NCBI GenBank assembly: GCA_010093995.1
Contig: ML992504.1
Span: 744,001-808,000, forward strand
Direction of reading: 5' to 3'
From: Elsinoe ampelina
Taxonomy: Eukaryota
DNA: 64,000 nt
In this document: in pieces, positions 23,639 to 35,721 of the stretch
How the letters are laid out: each line of letters opens with the position of its first letter
Position numbering within the stretch: position 1 is the stretch's first letter
The notes under the pieces: generated by a model
Database searches by the model: none
What the model was told of the DNA's origin: nothing
Seen by the model: only the letters and a program-made list of their open reading frames with translations
Translations under genes and position numbers: made by a program

Positions 23639-25514
23639 ATGTTACCCGCTTTGGTCCTCGCCGTCGGTGTGCTTCTGCTCTACCGAATCATCCGGACTGT
23701 CAGACAATACTTTGCGCTGAGGGATTTTGGCGGTCACTGGACTGCAGGATGGACTCGATTATGGCTCCTTCGCGTCAACAGTTCTGGAAGGATGAACGAG
23801 TACTTTCGTGACATTAATGAGAAATATGGTAAGCACCTCTCACTTTATCCTGAAACATCCACAATCCTTGCACACACGGGAGCTTGCACGGACTGTGCCG
23901 CCTGCGGTCACTATGCATCTGTCAGGTATCAGGATAGACGATCATCATGCAATGGCAAACGTACATGAAATAAAAGCGCCAATATCGTCCGTCCGTCGTC
24001 TTCCCATATCACAGCATTCTTATCACTTACCAAAAATGCCTCGGCTGACCACGAACCACAGGAGCGACGGCACGGATAGCACCGCATATGCTAATCACGA
24101 CCGATCCCGAGCTCTACAAGCGCATGAACGCCGTCCGAAGTACCTTCACCAGAGCAGAATGGTACTTTGCACTCCGACTGCATCCCACGCGGGATAACAT
24201 TACCTCCGTAATCGACGAAGATGTCCACTCGAGCATCAGATCGCGCATGGCGCCAGGATATTCGGGCAAAGAAAACACCTCGATCGAAAGCGACGTCGAC
24301 TCCAAAGTCCACAACCTCTTCGCCCTGATCGACAAATCCTACCTATCAACCTCAACCACCTACCGCCCCATCGACCTCTCCCGCATCATCACCTTCTTCA
24401 CCCTCGACGTCATCTCCCAACTCGCCTTCGGCCACGAATTCGGTTTCATGGCCAAAGACTCGGACCCCTTCGGCTACCTCGCCAACCTGAAAGAGTTCCT
24501 CCCCGCCATCCTCGTCTTCGGCGCCTACACCGAACTGACCAAAATCCTCCGACTCCCCTTCATGAAAGCCGTCCTGCCCAAATCCACCGACAAGCGCGGC
24601 CTGGGCAAAGTCATGGGCTTCGCGGCCGAGCGCGTCGGGGAGCGCTTCGGCGACAAACCCATCGTGCGCAAGGACATGCTCGGGTCGTTCATCAAGCGCG
24701 GCCTCACGCAGGAAGAGCTCGAGTCTGAGACCCTGACCCAGATCACGGCCGGGTCCGACAGCACCGCCTCTGCGCTCCGCATGACGCTGCATTTCGTCTG
24801 CACCACGCCCAACGTGCAGGCGCGGCTGTTCAGTGAGGTCCACGCCGCCATCGCGGCGGGCAAGGTCTCCCGCCCCATCATCAAGGACTCGGAGGCGCGC
24901 CAGCTGCCGTATCTCCAGGCTTGCATCAAGGAGGGGCTGAGGATGTATCCGCCCGTCACGGGACTGTTGGCGAAGCAGGTCCCTCCTGATGGCGCGACGA
25001 TTGACGGCAAGTTCGCGCCTCCTGGCACGTGGATCGGGCAGAATTCGTGGGGCATGCAGAGGCGGAAGGACATTTATGGGGTTGACGTCGATGTGTTCCG
25101 GCCCGAGCGGTGGTTGCCTAAGGACAACAGCGAAGCGGAGAAGGTGAGGGTGGGTCGTATGACGGAGACGGTGGGGTTGGTGTTTGGGTATGGGAGGTTT
25201 GGGTGTCTCGGTCGGGGTGTGGCGACGATGGAGTTGAATAAGGGGCTGATTGAAGTGAGAATTTCCCCGTTTCTGCCTGATCGTGGCGAGGTTCCTTTTT
25301 GGAGGGCTCGTACTGACTCATCCTCCAGCTTCTCCTTCGGTACAACTTCCAGCCCGTTTCCCTCTCCAAGCCGTTCGACGAGCTGTGCGTCGGCTTCTTC
25401 GTCCACGAGAACATGTGGTTCCGCCTGACGAGGCGCGAAGATGACTTCGACCCAGCCGCTACGCCTGCGGAAGTGGGAGAGGCAGGAGCTCTGCCAGGTG
25501 CGCCAGAAGAGTGA
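23639..25514 (+). CDS. Cytochrome P450 monooxygenase (pisatin demethylase-like type), 3 exons
   Basis: N-terminal TM anchor; introns 23829-24061 and 25255-25328. I-helix AGSDST, EGLR (ExxR), PERW, heme motif FGYGRFGCLG. The last exon LLLRYNFQP..ENMWFRLTRR ends at TGA 25512-25514. Confidence 0.95.
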
Positions 25515-28500
25515 GGCGGCTCCTCACGCGGTACGGATCGGAGGTGGCTTTATCTTTCTCAACTTCGCGTTGACGACTGGACATGTAGCCCGGCAGGGCG
25601 GGAGGTTGAGATGTTATGCTCGCATATTTGCATTCGTGAGAAGGGGGCTTTGCTACAGGATGATATACCCCGGCGTTGTCTTGGATGGTAGGATAAAGAG
25701 AATCGCAGCGAGAATAACTTGAGCTTGGAATGGCTATAGGATCGATAACGCGCCATGTTCGTCTACTCGCACACTCACTTCTTGCTATCCAGCCGTGTTC
25801 CAAGCTGGTTACGCGTTCACGTTCTGCTCGGATACACCATCATGGCTCTATTCCCGTCGCGGCGTTTGATCACGTATCTACTGTACTGCATGAAAGCGGG
25901 TAGAAGATCCCCCTCCGCCCCCCCCGAGATCGTCGAGATACATCTCTTGCCGCTTCTGTTACCGTACATCTGCTCGTGATGGGATGAAGTGGAGAGTGCA
26001 GTGCTCACAAGCGAGTGGCGACAGCCCCTGATCTACTTGGGCCATCGCACATGACTCGGTGGGCTTCGATATCGTCTCATTCGTCCAGCGCAACCATCCG
26101 ATGAACAGGCGCGCTTTTCCCGACACCGCTCTTTGAGCCACGCTATGTTCTGGGGTCATGGCCATACGACAAAGAAAAGCTCGTTACAGTACCAAGCCGG
26201 CAAAGCAATAATGTTGCATCTTGCAGTAGCAAGTGGGTCTGCAGATCCGTGCCTGTTTCTCTGATTGTGGGGGAGTCGTCTGAAGTGGGAGATCGGTGTC
26301 CATATTTCCTCACTCGTGGGTGGGAAACACCCACGCTGATTCAGCATCCTTGCTTTTTGATGCAGCCAGAATGTATGTTTCGCCGAATGCCTGCCCGGTT
26401 TGCGTTCTAGGACCGTGCCATACTGCAATGATATGTAGGTGGAAGTGCGTGATGCAGATCGAATGATCACGTGCGGAATGTATCTCTATGTGGTGATGCC
26501 GAGATCCGTGAGTTTAACAAGTCTGCCGGCCGCTGATGATGAAGTGACTGAAAGCCGACATGGCTTAGACCCATGCAGAATGTGCTTCACCTGCCTGAAT
26601 TACAATCGATGAGCTCTAGCGGTACTTCGGGCTTTACAGCAAGGACAAGTTCGCGTCCGTTAGACCGCAACCTTCGCCCGTCATCTAGAGCGGAGGAGCG
26701 ATGATATTGTCTTCTCAGAGATGTCTCTAGATGAGTATGAGGTGGCTTGCGATGGTTGTTAGATGTCCACTTAATGTTGGTGACCAAGCTTTGACTAGCA
26801 TCTGAAGTCTGACCACAGTTAGCCACCCGTCGAACAATCCGAGCGAGCAGCTCGGAATAGTCTTCATGTCTCACTTCCATTGGTGAGGCCACGCGTGATA
26901 GTCTACAGTAGCTCTGACAATCACCAAATTGATCTTTCCAAGGGATTTCAGGTTGTCATCAGCTCTATACCCGGTGCAAGCGCCAGGAGGTGTTCACAAG
27001 ACGGGCAGACATGGCCGTGCGGACATCGCTCAAGTGTCGACGTTCCAGCGTCCTTGTTGTGCTTTAGGACAAGTCGTGACGGTCAGCAGGCCTAGACGGG
27101 GTGGACCACGTAGTCATGCCCACCGCCTTGTGCACTACATACGTTCGGTACCGACAGGCTGTGTAGAACGGAAGAAGTGCATGACCTTGTAGTGGTGCGG
27201 TTGACCCAGGAAAGTGCTCAAGGCTCAACGTCAATATGGTTGCGTCTTGTGCTTGATGTAACCGGTCGTGATCCATGGTGAAAGAAAGCAACACCTCCAT
27301 GCAGACAAGACCTGATTTCTATGGAGGAGGTGTAACGGTTAAAGTAAGGCTCTCTCTTCGATCGCCGCTAATCAGGTGCTGCGAACCCTCGCGACGACCT
27401 CCGGTGGGTGCGTAGAGGTCGAAGAGTGTTCCTTGGAACGTGGCGAACCAATTATCGGCATGTGCGACGGCTGCTCACGCTCACGTGGTAGAAACTCTAT
27501 GAAATAGCTTGTGAAGATGGGAATGCCGGTCCAAGATACGACCTACATGAGTTCCTGCAGCGGATAAAAGTCATTCTGGCCTGTAAAATTACACCGGAGC
27601 TTTGAGACCGAAAGCCAAAAACAACCAAGTCTCTTCCGGCCAACCACTCGTCGTCTCTATCATTCTGCCCGAGCAGGATCGACAGATGATCAAGCACAGC
27701 GGTAATCACCTTTTTGCTCTCGGACCTTGCTTGGACTTTTCTCGCAGTTTCGGTCTCCACATCCAATCACGTTCGATCGCCGAATCGCTGTTCGCTCCTT
27801 TAACAGCGCTTTCCTTGGGGGTTGGGGCATTCATAGACTTGGACCTACTGGGCACCGATGGCTCTCGATGTATGACATGGAATTGTCGAGCATCAAATGC
27901 AGCAGCGGTTGTTCAAAAGACAGATCTGACTGTCTCTTGCGATCTCCATCGCCGCCATCTCTGTGTTCTTGCATGGAGATCGACGCAGGGTATGCAGGCC
28001 TGCCGGCTTCTCAAGGGGCGCCACCAAGCTCTGGGTTGTTCGCTGCGAGACATCATACAGCCCCGAGTCGTGCGTACCGTGGGTGGCTGCGTCGGTCCGG
28101 CCTGAGCTCGCGGGTGTGACGGTTCATGGCGAGAAGTCTGCCTGCAGTAGCATCATGTTGCCCGAGCATGAGCGAGCCGGCCGTGCGTAGCCTTCTTTGC
28201 GGCCTTGGAAGCGCCTCTTGCTGCCCGTCAGTCCCTCAGGCGTACACGCGGTGTATCATCCGAACTCGTTATGCACAACCAGTCGAGATCAGTTCCTTAG
28301 CCGTCTTGGCGCACTAGAAACAATTCCCACAACCGATGGAGCCATGGGTGCTTTGCAACATGCTTTCTGACAAGCAAGCCACGCCCCACCGTCTTGCATC
28401 CTTCCAGCTTTCTACAGCCAGAGTACAATGCTCATTTGGCTCGAGTCCGCTGGCAGATCATCCCACCTGTCAAGCCTTTTCTCTCATCTCCATGATCCGC

Positions 28501-29157
28501 TCAATGGGTGTGATCGACCGGAGTTCGTGGTTGGTCTTGCCCGTAATGCTTCGTCACACTCACGTCGCTGTCTTCGCATGATCTGCAGCCATTCAGGATC
28601 TCTTGGTCTCCTTCATGAGCCGCGGTTCGGATCCCTGGTGGGACGTTTCGCTAGATCACCCACGCTGCATAGCTCACGTCCTATGCCGTCCGTGGTTGAG
28701 ATCCAACCAGGTTACCAAGGCAAGTCAAGCCTGGACATGACTAGGAGAACCGTTCGGCAAATCATCGTCAACCTGGCCATGTGCTTGGAATGCTTTTGCA
28801 GGGCAGGGCCGGTGCCCTGCACAACCACCAGAACACGCGAGCGAAGATTCAAGCCAAAGATCATCTCCCTTTCAATTTCTTTGCGCGCTGTCATCTTGGT
28901 AGCCGGCGGATCCACTGCTGTCCTAGGACCTTTCTGGTATCAAAGACTCTTGTTTTACTTCCAATTAATGAGGCCCCCCTGCTCGAGCAATACTTGAGCC
29001 GATTTGCGGGACGACAGAGCAGCCTGTCGCCCCGCTCGTCTTGCTGCGATCTCACATATCAAGTCTAGGTTCTTATGGAGATTCTACTTTCCACCATCGT
29101 GGCTCTTTTCCACGTCTAACGACCCGACCTTGCCTGCTCCCCCACCATCGCCGGAGC

Positions 29158-30003
29158 ATGCCTCCTCAAATTCCCATCCTCGCTCAGAGCGAGAACAAGT
29201 CAAAGTTTCTCGAACGCCTTGGTATTTCTGATCAGACAGAAGAAGGCAAGCGTATATATGCCATGATGAAGGTACATTTGCCATCTTTCACATAGCGACC
29301 AATCTACCAAACACAATCAGTCTCAAGTAGGTCCAATTGTGTTGGGGTCAGACACTGATCAATCATCTTGTATTTAGGAAGAAGCGATTGCTGGCCGAGC
29401 AAGAATGTCTGCTAGCGCGAACTCTCTGCTGCCTCATCTTCTTCATGATCCGACTGTGAAGCCACCTTACTCAAACACTCAAATTTCAGAATCCGCCATG
29501 CATCAAGAAACCATCTACATCTATAGAACGGCTCGTCCGGAAACCAGAGTCTTCTATGAACGTGGTCATTATATGGAAGGGGACGCCGAGGAGAATTGGA
29601 TCATCAAATGGTTGCTTTGGCACGTCTTCCGCTATCGAGACAATCGGAATCGTGGGAGAGCCATGCCTGCCTGGATAGCTCGATCTTCACAGGGTCCTGA
29701 GTCGCCAGGGAGTGCCAGCGTAGGGCCTCGGACCCCTCAACCACTTTCTGGGAATACGCCACCACCTTATTCTGTTTCACAACAACTTCCGCCAATTCAG
29801 TATGCAGGACAGAGTCAGCCGCCAATGCGATACTCATCCGAACCGCGAGGTAAGCGATACCTGCGGCGCGTCGTGTGCTGTTCTCTGTTCTCGACAGATG
29901 CTGATAAAGTCTGCCAGCTCAAGATCAATCAAGCGAACCACGCAGCCAATCGCAGGGTTATTGGGATCCAGTACGGGATGCTCAACGATCTAATCGCAAT
30001 TAG
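29158..30003 (+). CDS. Hypothetical protein (223 aa, 3 exons)
   Basis: Exons 29158-29271, 29378-29849 and 29918-30003 are joined by introns GTACAT..CTGAT..TAG and GTAAGC..CTGAT..CAG, giving one open frame. Contains ENWIIKWLLWHVFRYRDNRN and a C-terminal GYWDPVRD. Confidence 0.75.
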
Positions 30004-33000
30004 AGGGGTTTTCTGCAGTTCTGGACGACTTGCATGGCGTCCGATACAGAATCGCGCGAAAATGGCCCAAGACAAGTGAGCACTCCGAATTACGCGTGAT
30101 GGTTGGATCGGCTGAGTAGTTTCCCTGATGCGACGCTGGTGATTATCTCTCAATGAGGCCATGAGCGGGCCCCGTCACTGTCCCCCGGTGTGGCGCAACC
30201 GAGTGGACAGCTGCGTGCCGTGTCAGCGTTCGAGTCGAGCATGCATACTCGCACTAAAGCCCGAGGCTATAGCTCTGCAAATTTGCAACCACACATACGT
30301 TCTCGGCCCTGCTAACTTGATTGAGTCAAGACCCAGCCGGACAAGGATCGCCAACAGCCTCCGTCACACGATATCCTGCAGGGCCCATTCCTTCTGATCA
30401 CACGAGAGAAGTCTGCATCGCCTCATCCGGACAATGGGCTCAAAGAAGAACAATGGTCCTAGTGGCGGGCTCCAGACGCGGTCAGCTACTTTGCTAATGA
30501 ATCGCGTCGCGATCACAAACGCACCAGACTACACTTGCGATGAGGAATGACAGAGGTCACAGCGAGGGTATTATCGGCAGGAATGAATGTATATATTCCA
30601 CGACCGCCCCCAAACGTCTTTCCCATGGTGGCTGATTTCGCTCGGTCCAGGCCATGCCATGTCAAGCTCTCGGAGGTGTCCAAGAGGCCACGAGCCAGTC
30701 CTCTCACACGATTTCACAAGTGAGGTTCGATGACGGGACGGGTGTTGAGCAACCGAGCCCATCCTGTCGGCTTTCAAAAACAAACTTCGTGGCAGCGTGG
30801 CTCCAACCGTGTTCGCAGCAGGTCAGAAGGCGGCACAATGGATGAGAGACGGCAGGGTTGGTGGTAAGCCTTCACGCCAACCACTGGGCAGAAAATCCAA
30901 AGTCAAACGTCGCCGTCGCCCTCACAATTTCCAAAAGTCTTTCACCGCTTCACCACGACTTCTAGAACCAAAAGCATGTCAGCACTCGGTCATCCTTTGG
31001 TCCTTTTCCCCCCAAAGCACACATGGCCCAGCGCGTAATAGCCCATAACGCGCAAGCGGTCATCCCCTGTGATCGCCCGCTAGCGATGTAGGGGCCACGC
31101 TGTCGTCTCTTCGCAGCTAGCCTGCATTCTTCTCAAATGCCGACCACTTGGCCATCTCGAATCGCGCTTGCCTGGGACGTTTGATAATCGTACTACTAAT
31201 CACGATGCCACCGGCGATCATATGAGATGAAAGTTTCACCAAGCCAAAGAAGCCAACCTTTGGTACAGGCGAATGTCGGCCGAATCTAGGCGTGTGGCTT
31301 GAACCGTAAACGCCCAGGTTACCATCAAGACTCCTGGGCGCCTGCTGTCCAAAAAGTTACGGGTGTGGGTGCTCGGCTTCACGAGGAAAGTGCACCGTGA
31401 ACACGAGGGATATAAAACCAGGCCCTCAGGTCATCTGAGCGTCGACATCTGTTACATCCAATTCGAAGCTGAAGAATCATCCAAGGCGGAGAAGCGCTAC
31501 TTTACCAGCGACCCCTTCCACACCCCGTGGCTGACGAAGGCACAAGACACCATTTCTTGGTCGACACGCTTTGGGTCGGCTGGCCGTCGCCGCTCATCAA
31601 AATTGTCTGCTCAACGTTCATTGATCCGTATATTGGCCCCTGGATGACAGTTGTGATTATGCAAAGATCGCCACTCGCGCGCCAGATCGCCTAATGATCT
31701 TTTTGGATCTTCGATACCACTGTATCCATGCGCCCTTCCTTGGCGAATCGAAGCTCTAGCTTCTGCCTTGCTTGCAGGAGGATCGACCGAGGAACAACCC
31801 CCACAAACCGCATGGCAATTTTAGCTTCGCGACCGCGCCGGATCTCTGGCCCTACCAAAGTCAAACCCTGCGTGGGCATTTCTTTCCTTGACCGCCACAG
31901 AAGATTCCATCAGCAGAAATTCTACAGTCTCAGCGCGTTGGTAGTATTTGGCAACACTCGCGTGAACGACTGACGTCCGACTCGGGCAAGTGTCGGCACG
32001 CCTGTGTATTTTATGCTATTGGCAAGTCAGCATTTGAGCTCACCACCAAACCTTTTATAACCGAGCCGCATGACGAACCCCCCGATCCTGCGCATCTCGA
32101 CTGCTCTTCGAAACCAGAGGGCAACGAATCTGCTCGTGCCCAAACCACAGACATTAGCTGCGACATTAGCACACCATCCATGCATGTCTCAAACATTTCC
32201 GATGAGACCGACGATGAAGAATGCCAGTTGATCCAAATTGGGGTCGGTGGAACAGCCCGCGCCTAGGATCGAGATCGTTCATCCTGCAAGACCGATCAGA
32301 ACCCGAACCTCGCGCGAAGATTGATATGACAAGATCTCGATTTCACACATGCGGCACGCAGTATACCATGTTCAGGAACTCGATTCGAGCATAAGCGACA
32401 CCTGGCAGCTTCGCTGTGTCTTACGTTCCGCCACAAAGACAACACCGATGTAGTCCGGGAACACCCCTTGGGAAATCCTGCCATCGTACTTGGTGGCGCA
32501 CCCTAGATGCAAGACACCCATCAGCCTTACACCGACTCCGTCAGTACACCGTACTATTGCTTCAACCATCCTTTTATGGAAGTCGTGGCTTTCAGCTGAC
32601 CGTCTGGCCACGTCACCTGCAACGAGGCAGTCTCCCTTCGTAAATGGTTGACCTCGCTTTCCAGCCGACCTTTCTCAACCTCAATCACATGCAGATCTAC
32701 GCATGCAGGACGATATTGCGATCGAGGCCACAGACGTGCAAGTATCGTATCGACTCACGGTGACCTCGAACAAGCGCGATCGTCACACAGGATGCTGGAA
32801 AGAGAGCGAACATACGTGGCTCCATGTCGAAAGCGGCGATGTTGTCCTTCTGACCCTGCGGCAGATGGGTGGGACACTGCATGGCATCAATAGTCCGTCA
32901 GCATACCAGGGACTGCAGGGTGTGCCACGTCAAGTCTTCACTGGACGCAAGGTGAGTTGTCTCTGACACATGTTGTGCTACATTAGGTGGGTACCGTATC

Positions 33001-33867
33001 GTATTGTCATCTCAACGTGTCAACAAGGTAGGTCTTCCACAGCGCAACCGAAGCCAGCCGAGCAGTACATGGCGACGACAACAACAGCGAGGGATGAAGC
33101 GTGTCTCCTACAGAACAGGAGACCAGGCCGACCAACCGGTACACAGTCTTCCAACCGACGTGAATCTCCAGCGAATCAGCAAGTACAAGCGGACTCCCAA
33201 AGCTGGTCGCACACCAGGTAGACGACCGCGACGGCTGCATTCACCACCTATACTTGAGAAAACACCGACTCCCGTCGGTCAATCCGCGACTGAAGCGAGG
33301 TTTCCCTGCCGCAGCCACAGCGCTGTCCTCGAAACGCGTCCTCCGCTTTGTCAGTACGACGGTAACCAAAAGTTGAGGGTGGCCGTGGTTCTGGCGTGGC
33401 GGACACCTCGAGGCAGAGTCCATGTATCACCCACCACGCTGCCTTGGCCGCGCGTGTTGGCTACCAGAATAGTCCGCCGCCGCTCTATCCCCTATTTTGG
33501 CAGGTAGATGCATGCAGGGTATCTTTTCGGTCTCTTCCAACAACGCTTGGAGTCCACGGTGTAGACATCGGGGATGGTCTTCGAACGAGATTTACCGGTA
33601 CGAAAGGCCAGATAAGTCGACAACCAAGCACGCGATGGACTTCTACAGGTACAACGCTGTGCGGAGCAGTCGAAATTGCAGCAGCGATCGTGACGGAGCC
33701 AGCGAGAATGGAGGCAAAGCAAACGTACATCGAAAACCACATCGTGTGCTTTATCATCTCTCATATATCATCTACCATACTCTCTAGCTTCCTCCCACCT
33801 CCTACCCCCACGGTCTCCCAACCCATCACCATCTCCTCCCCTCCCCTTCCCCTTTCCCTTCCCAACC

Positions 33868-35553
33868 CTACTCCCTAGCAAATAAATCCCTCCAAAACTC
33901 CCTAAACCCATACCTCGGCCTCCTCTCATCGTACACCTTCGCGCCTTTCCCCGCAAAACGTTCCATCACACCCCCTTCCCGATGTCCAATCTCCTCCACC
34001 CTCCTCGTCGGCCGCGCCGCTCGCGCCCGTATCTCGCCCGCCACCAACGGCGCCACGTCGGCGTAGCAAGCCCGTAGTTCGCGCTCGAGAGCGAAGTAGG
34101 GCTTTTTGGCGAGGTTGGGTGCCATGAGGTTGTAGCTTCGGGTTAGGGCGTTGAGGGAGTCGATCGCGAGGCGGTGGTAGGAGAGTTCGGTGGCGAGGTA
34201 GGAGGGGTCGCGGAAGGGGGGGAGGAGGGGGCGGGGAGAGGGAGTGGGGGAGGGGGCGGAGGAGGAGGAGCTGGAGGGGGAGGGGGAGGTTGTTGGAGGG
34301 AAAAGGTCCGCGGTGGAAGGAGGGGAGATGGTGGTGGTCGTTGGAAGGGATGAAGGGGTGTTGGTTGCATCGACTGCTTGGGTGGTGATGGTTATGGGGG
34401 ACTCGAGGGTAGGGCCGGAAGAGTTTGGGGAGAGCTCGCCGGAGAGGCTGATCTGGGAGACCTGCCCGTCAGGGCTGACGGTGTTGATGTGCTCTTCTTT
34501 GGACTTTGGTGGATTCTCGATGGCTTCGGCGCGGGCGTACTCTTCTGCTAGAGATATCTGGTACTGGAGACCGCCGCCTTTGCTGGATATGGTCCTGGCA
34601 ACATGGCGCTTCCAGTCTGATCGCAAGCGGGCACGGAACCGGTTGGCTGTGCTGACGAGTTCTTGTTGCTTCTCGATCCAGGGTGGGACGATCTCTTGCC
34701 GTTGGATGATCTTGTTCATGAAGTACTCGGTGGTGTCGAGGAAGGGCGAGCTGGCATTGTAGTCCCGTTCGATCTTCTTGCCTCGGGGGAGGTTCTTGAA
34801 TTGTCCTCGAGCAATGGCATCCTCTATTCTCTCATTGGCCAAAGACGCAAGCCCTTGTATGGTAGCAGGTACTGCTCTTGCACCGGGCGTAAATCGTTCT
34901 TTCAACTCTTTCCTCATCTGCTCCCGTTCTTCCTCGGTCATGCTCGAGTCCTTCAGGGATGAATAGATGCTCGTCTTGTCCCTTGCATTTGCAATCCGTG
35001 TACCACTGCCTGCTCCTTTGGTCCTCGACCGACCTGTGTCTACCTTTGTCGGCATACGTATCCCAGGTGGTCGAGCAGGTCTCTTCAGCGGCTTGTGGGC
35101 GTCATTGAGCATTCGTAGAGCAGCATCTTCGACACTCTCAGTCCCGGCCCAAGGAGCTGCGCCTGCGATGTCTCTTGTTCCAGCTCCGGCACTCGGTCGT
35201 AGCTCAGCCTGAGCAAAGGCCGAGGCGTTCTCCGAGCGAAATCCGGCATTCGCGATTCGTTCCTCGAGCTGTTTCTTCAAGTCTTCGCTGAAACCGGCCT
35301 CATCGACTGCCTTGCGAGCACTTCTGCCGCCAGTTTCCAACGACTCAGAGGTGAGTTCCGCCAGCCTACGTGACATTGCGCCTTGCTCTTTCTCAGATCC
35401 TCCATCTTTGACGGCATGCTGCGTTTCCCGATGTGGTGGCGAGGGGCGGTATCCCCGCCTTGTAGTGATCAGAGGCGCATTTCGAGTTTGAGGTGCAGCA
35501 GCTTGCAGGCAGCTCGAGCAGATGTATGGCACTAGTTCTGATCTTCCTCGCAT
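33868..35553 (-). CDS. DUF1992 / DNAJC28-conserved-domain protein, probably mitochondrial
   Basis: Core LASLANERIEDAIARGQFKNLPRGK..DTTEYFMNKIIQRQEIVPPWIEKQQE, and RSYNLMAP. Likely start ATG 35553 (MRGRSELVPYICSSC..RRGY, presequence-like). The track's 35685 start is a GTG. Confidence 0.88.
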   Translation of the reverse strand: MRGRSELVPYICSSCLQAAAPQTRNAPLITTRRGYRPSPPHRETQHAVKDGGSEKEQGAMSRRLAELTSESLETGGRSARKAVDEAGFSEDLKKQLEERIANAGFRSENASAFAQAELRPSAGAGTRDIAGAAPWAGTESVEDAALRMLNDAHKPLKRPARPPGIRMPTKVDTGRSRTKGAGSGTRIANARDKTSIYSSLKDSSMTEEEREQMRKELKERFTPGARAVPATIQGLASLANERIEDAIARGQFKNLPRGKKIERDYNASSPFLDTTEYFMNKIIQRQEIVPPWIEKQQELVSTANRFRARLRSDWKRHVARTISSKGGGLQYQISLAEEYARAEAIENPPKSKEEHINTVSPDGQVSQISLSGELSPNSSGPTLESPITITTQAVDATNTPSSLPTTTTISPPSTADLFPPTTSPSPSSSSSSAPSPTPSPRPLLPPFRDPSYLATELSYHRLAIDSLNALTRSYNLMAPNLAKKPYFALERELRACYADVAPLVAGEIRARAARPTRRVEEIGHREGGVMERFAGKGAKVYDERRPRYGFREFWRDLFARE

Positions 35554-35721
35554 CCAGTGAAATACTCCAGTAGTTGATGAAGGGGTAGGAAGAGAGGAGC
35601 AAGTATCAAGATCTCTGTAGATCTTCATGGTAAGTCCGAAGCTCCTTAAATCCGAAGCCATCATTTCTTGCACATGTTTCTGCACACCTATCGTCTCGTC
35701 TACACAAGCTTACCATGGACG

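Noticed and set aside
19143..26572. 13-bp match TGGCTTAGACCCA at about 19143 and 26561
   Set aside because: Matches of this length are expected by chance in 64 kb, and it does not extend.
26530..26600. ATGATGA...CTGA resembling a C/D box snoRNA
   Set aside because: No terminal stem and no recognisable rRNA-complementary guide. An Rfam or snoscan search would be needed.
26587..26892. 101-aa - strand ORF with a helical-looking start
   Set aside because: No family signature, and trial splicing gives early stops.
35554..35721. Apparent overlap of the DUF1992 and SAM35 ORFs in the track (35668-35685)
   Set aside because: Both extensions use non-ATG starts. The plausible ATGs are 35553 and 35722, which do not overlap.
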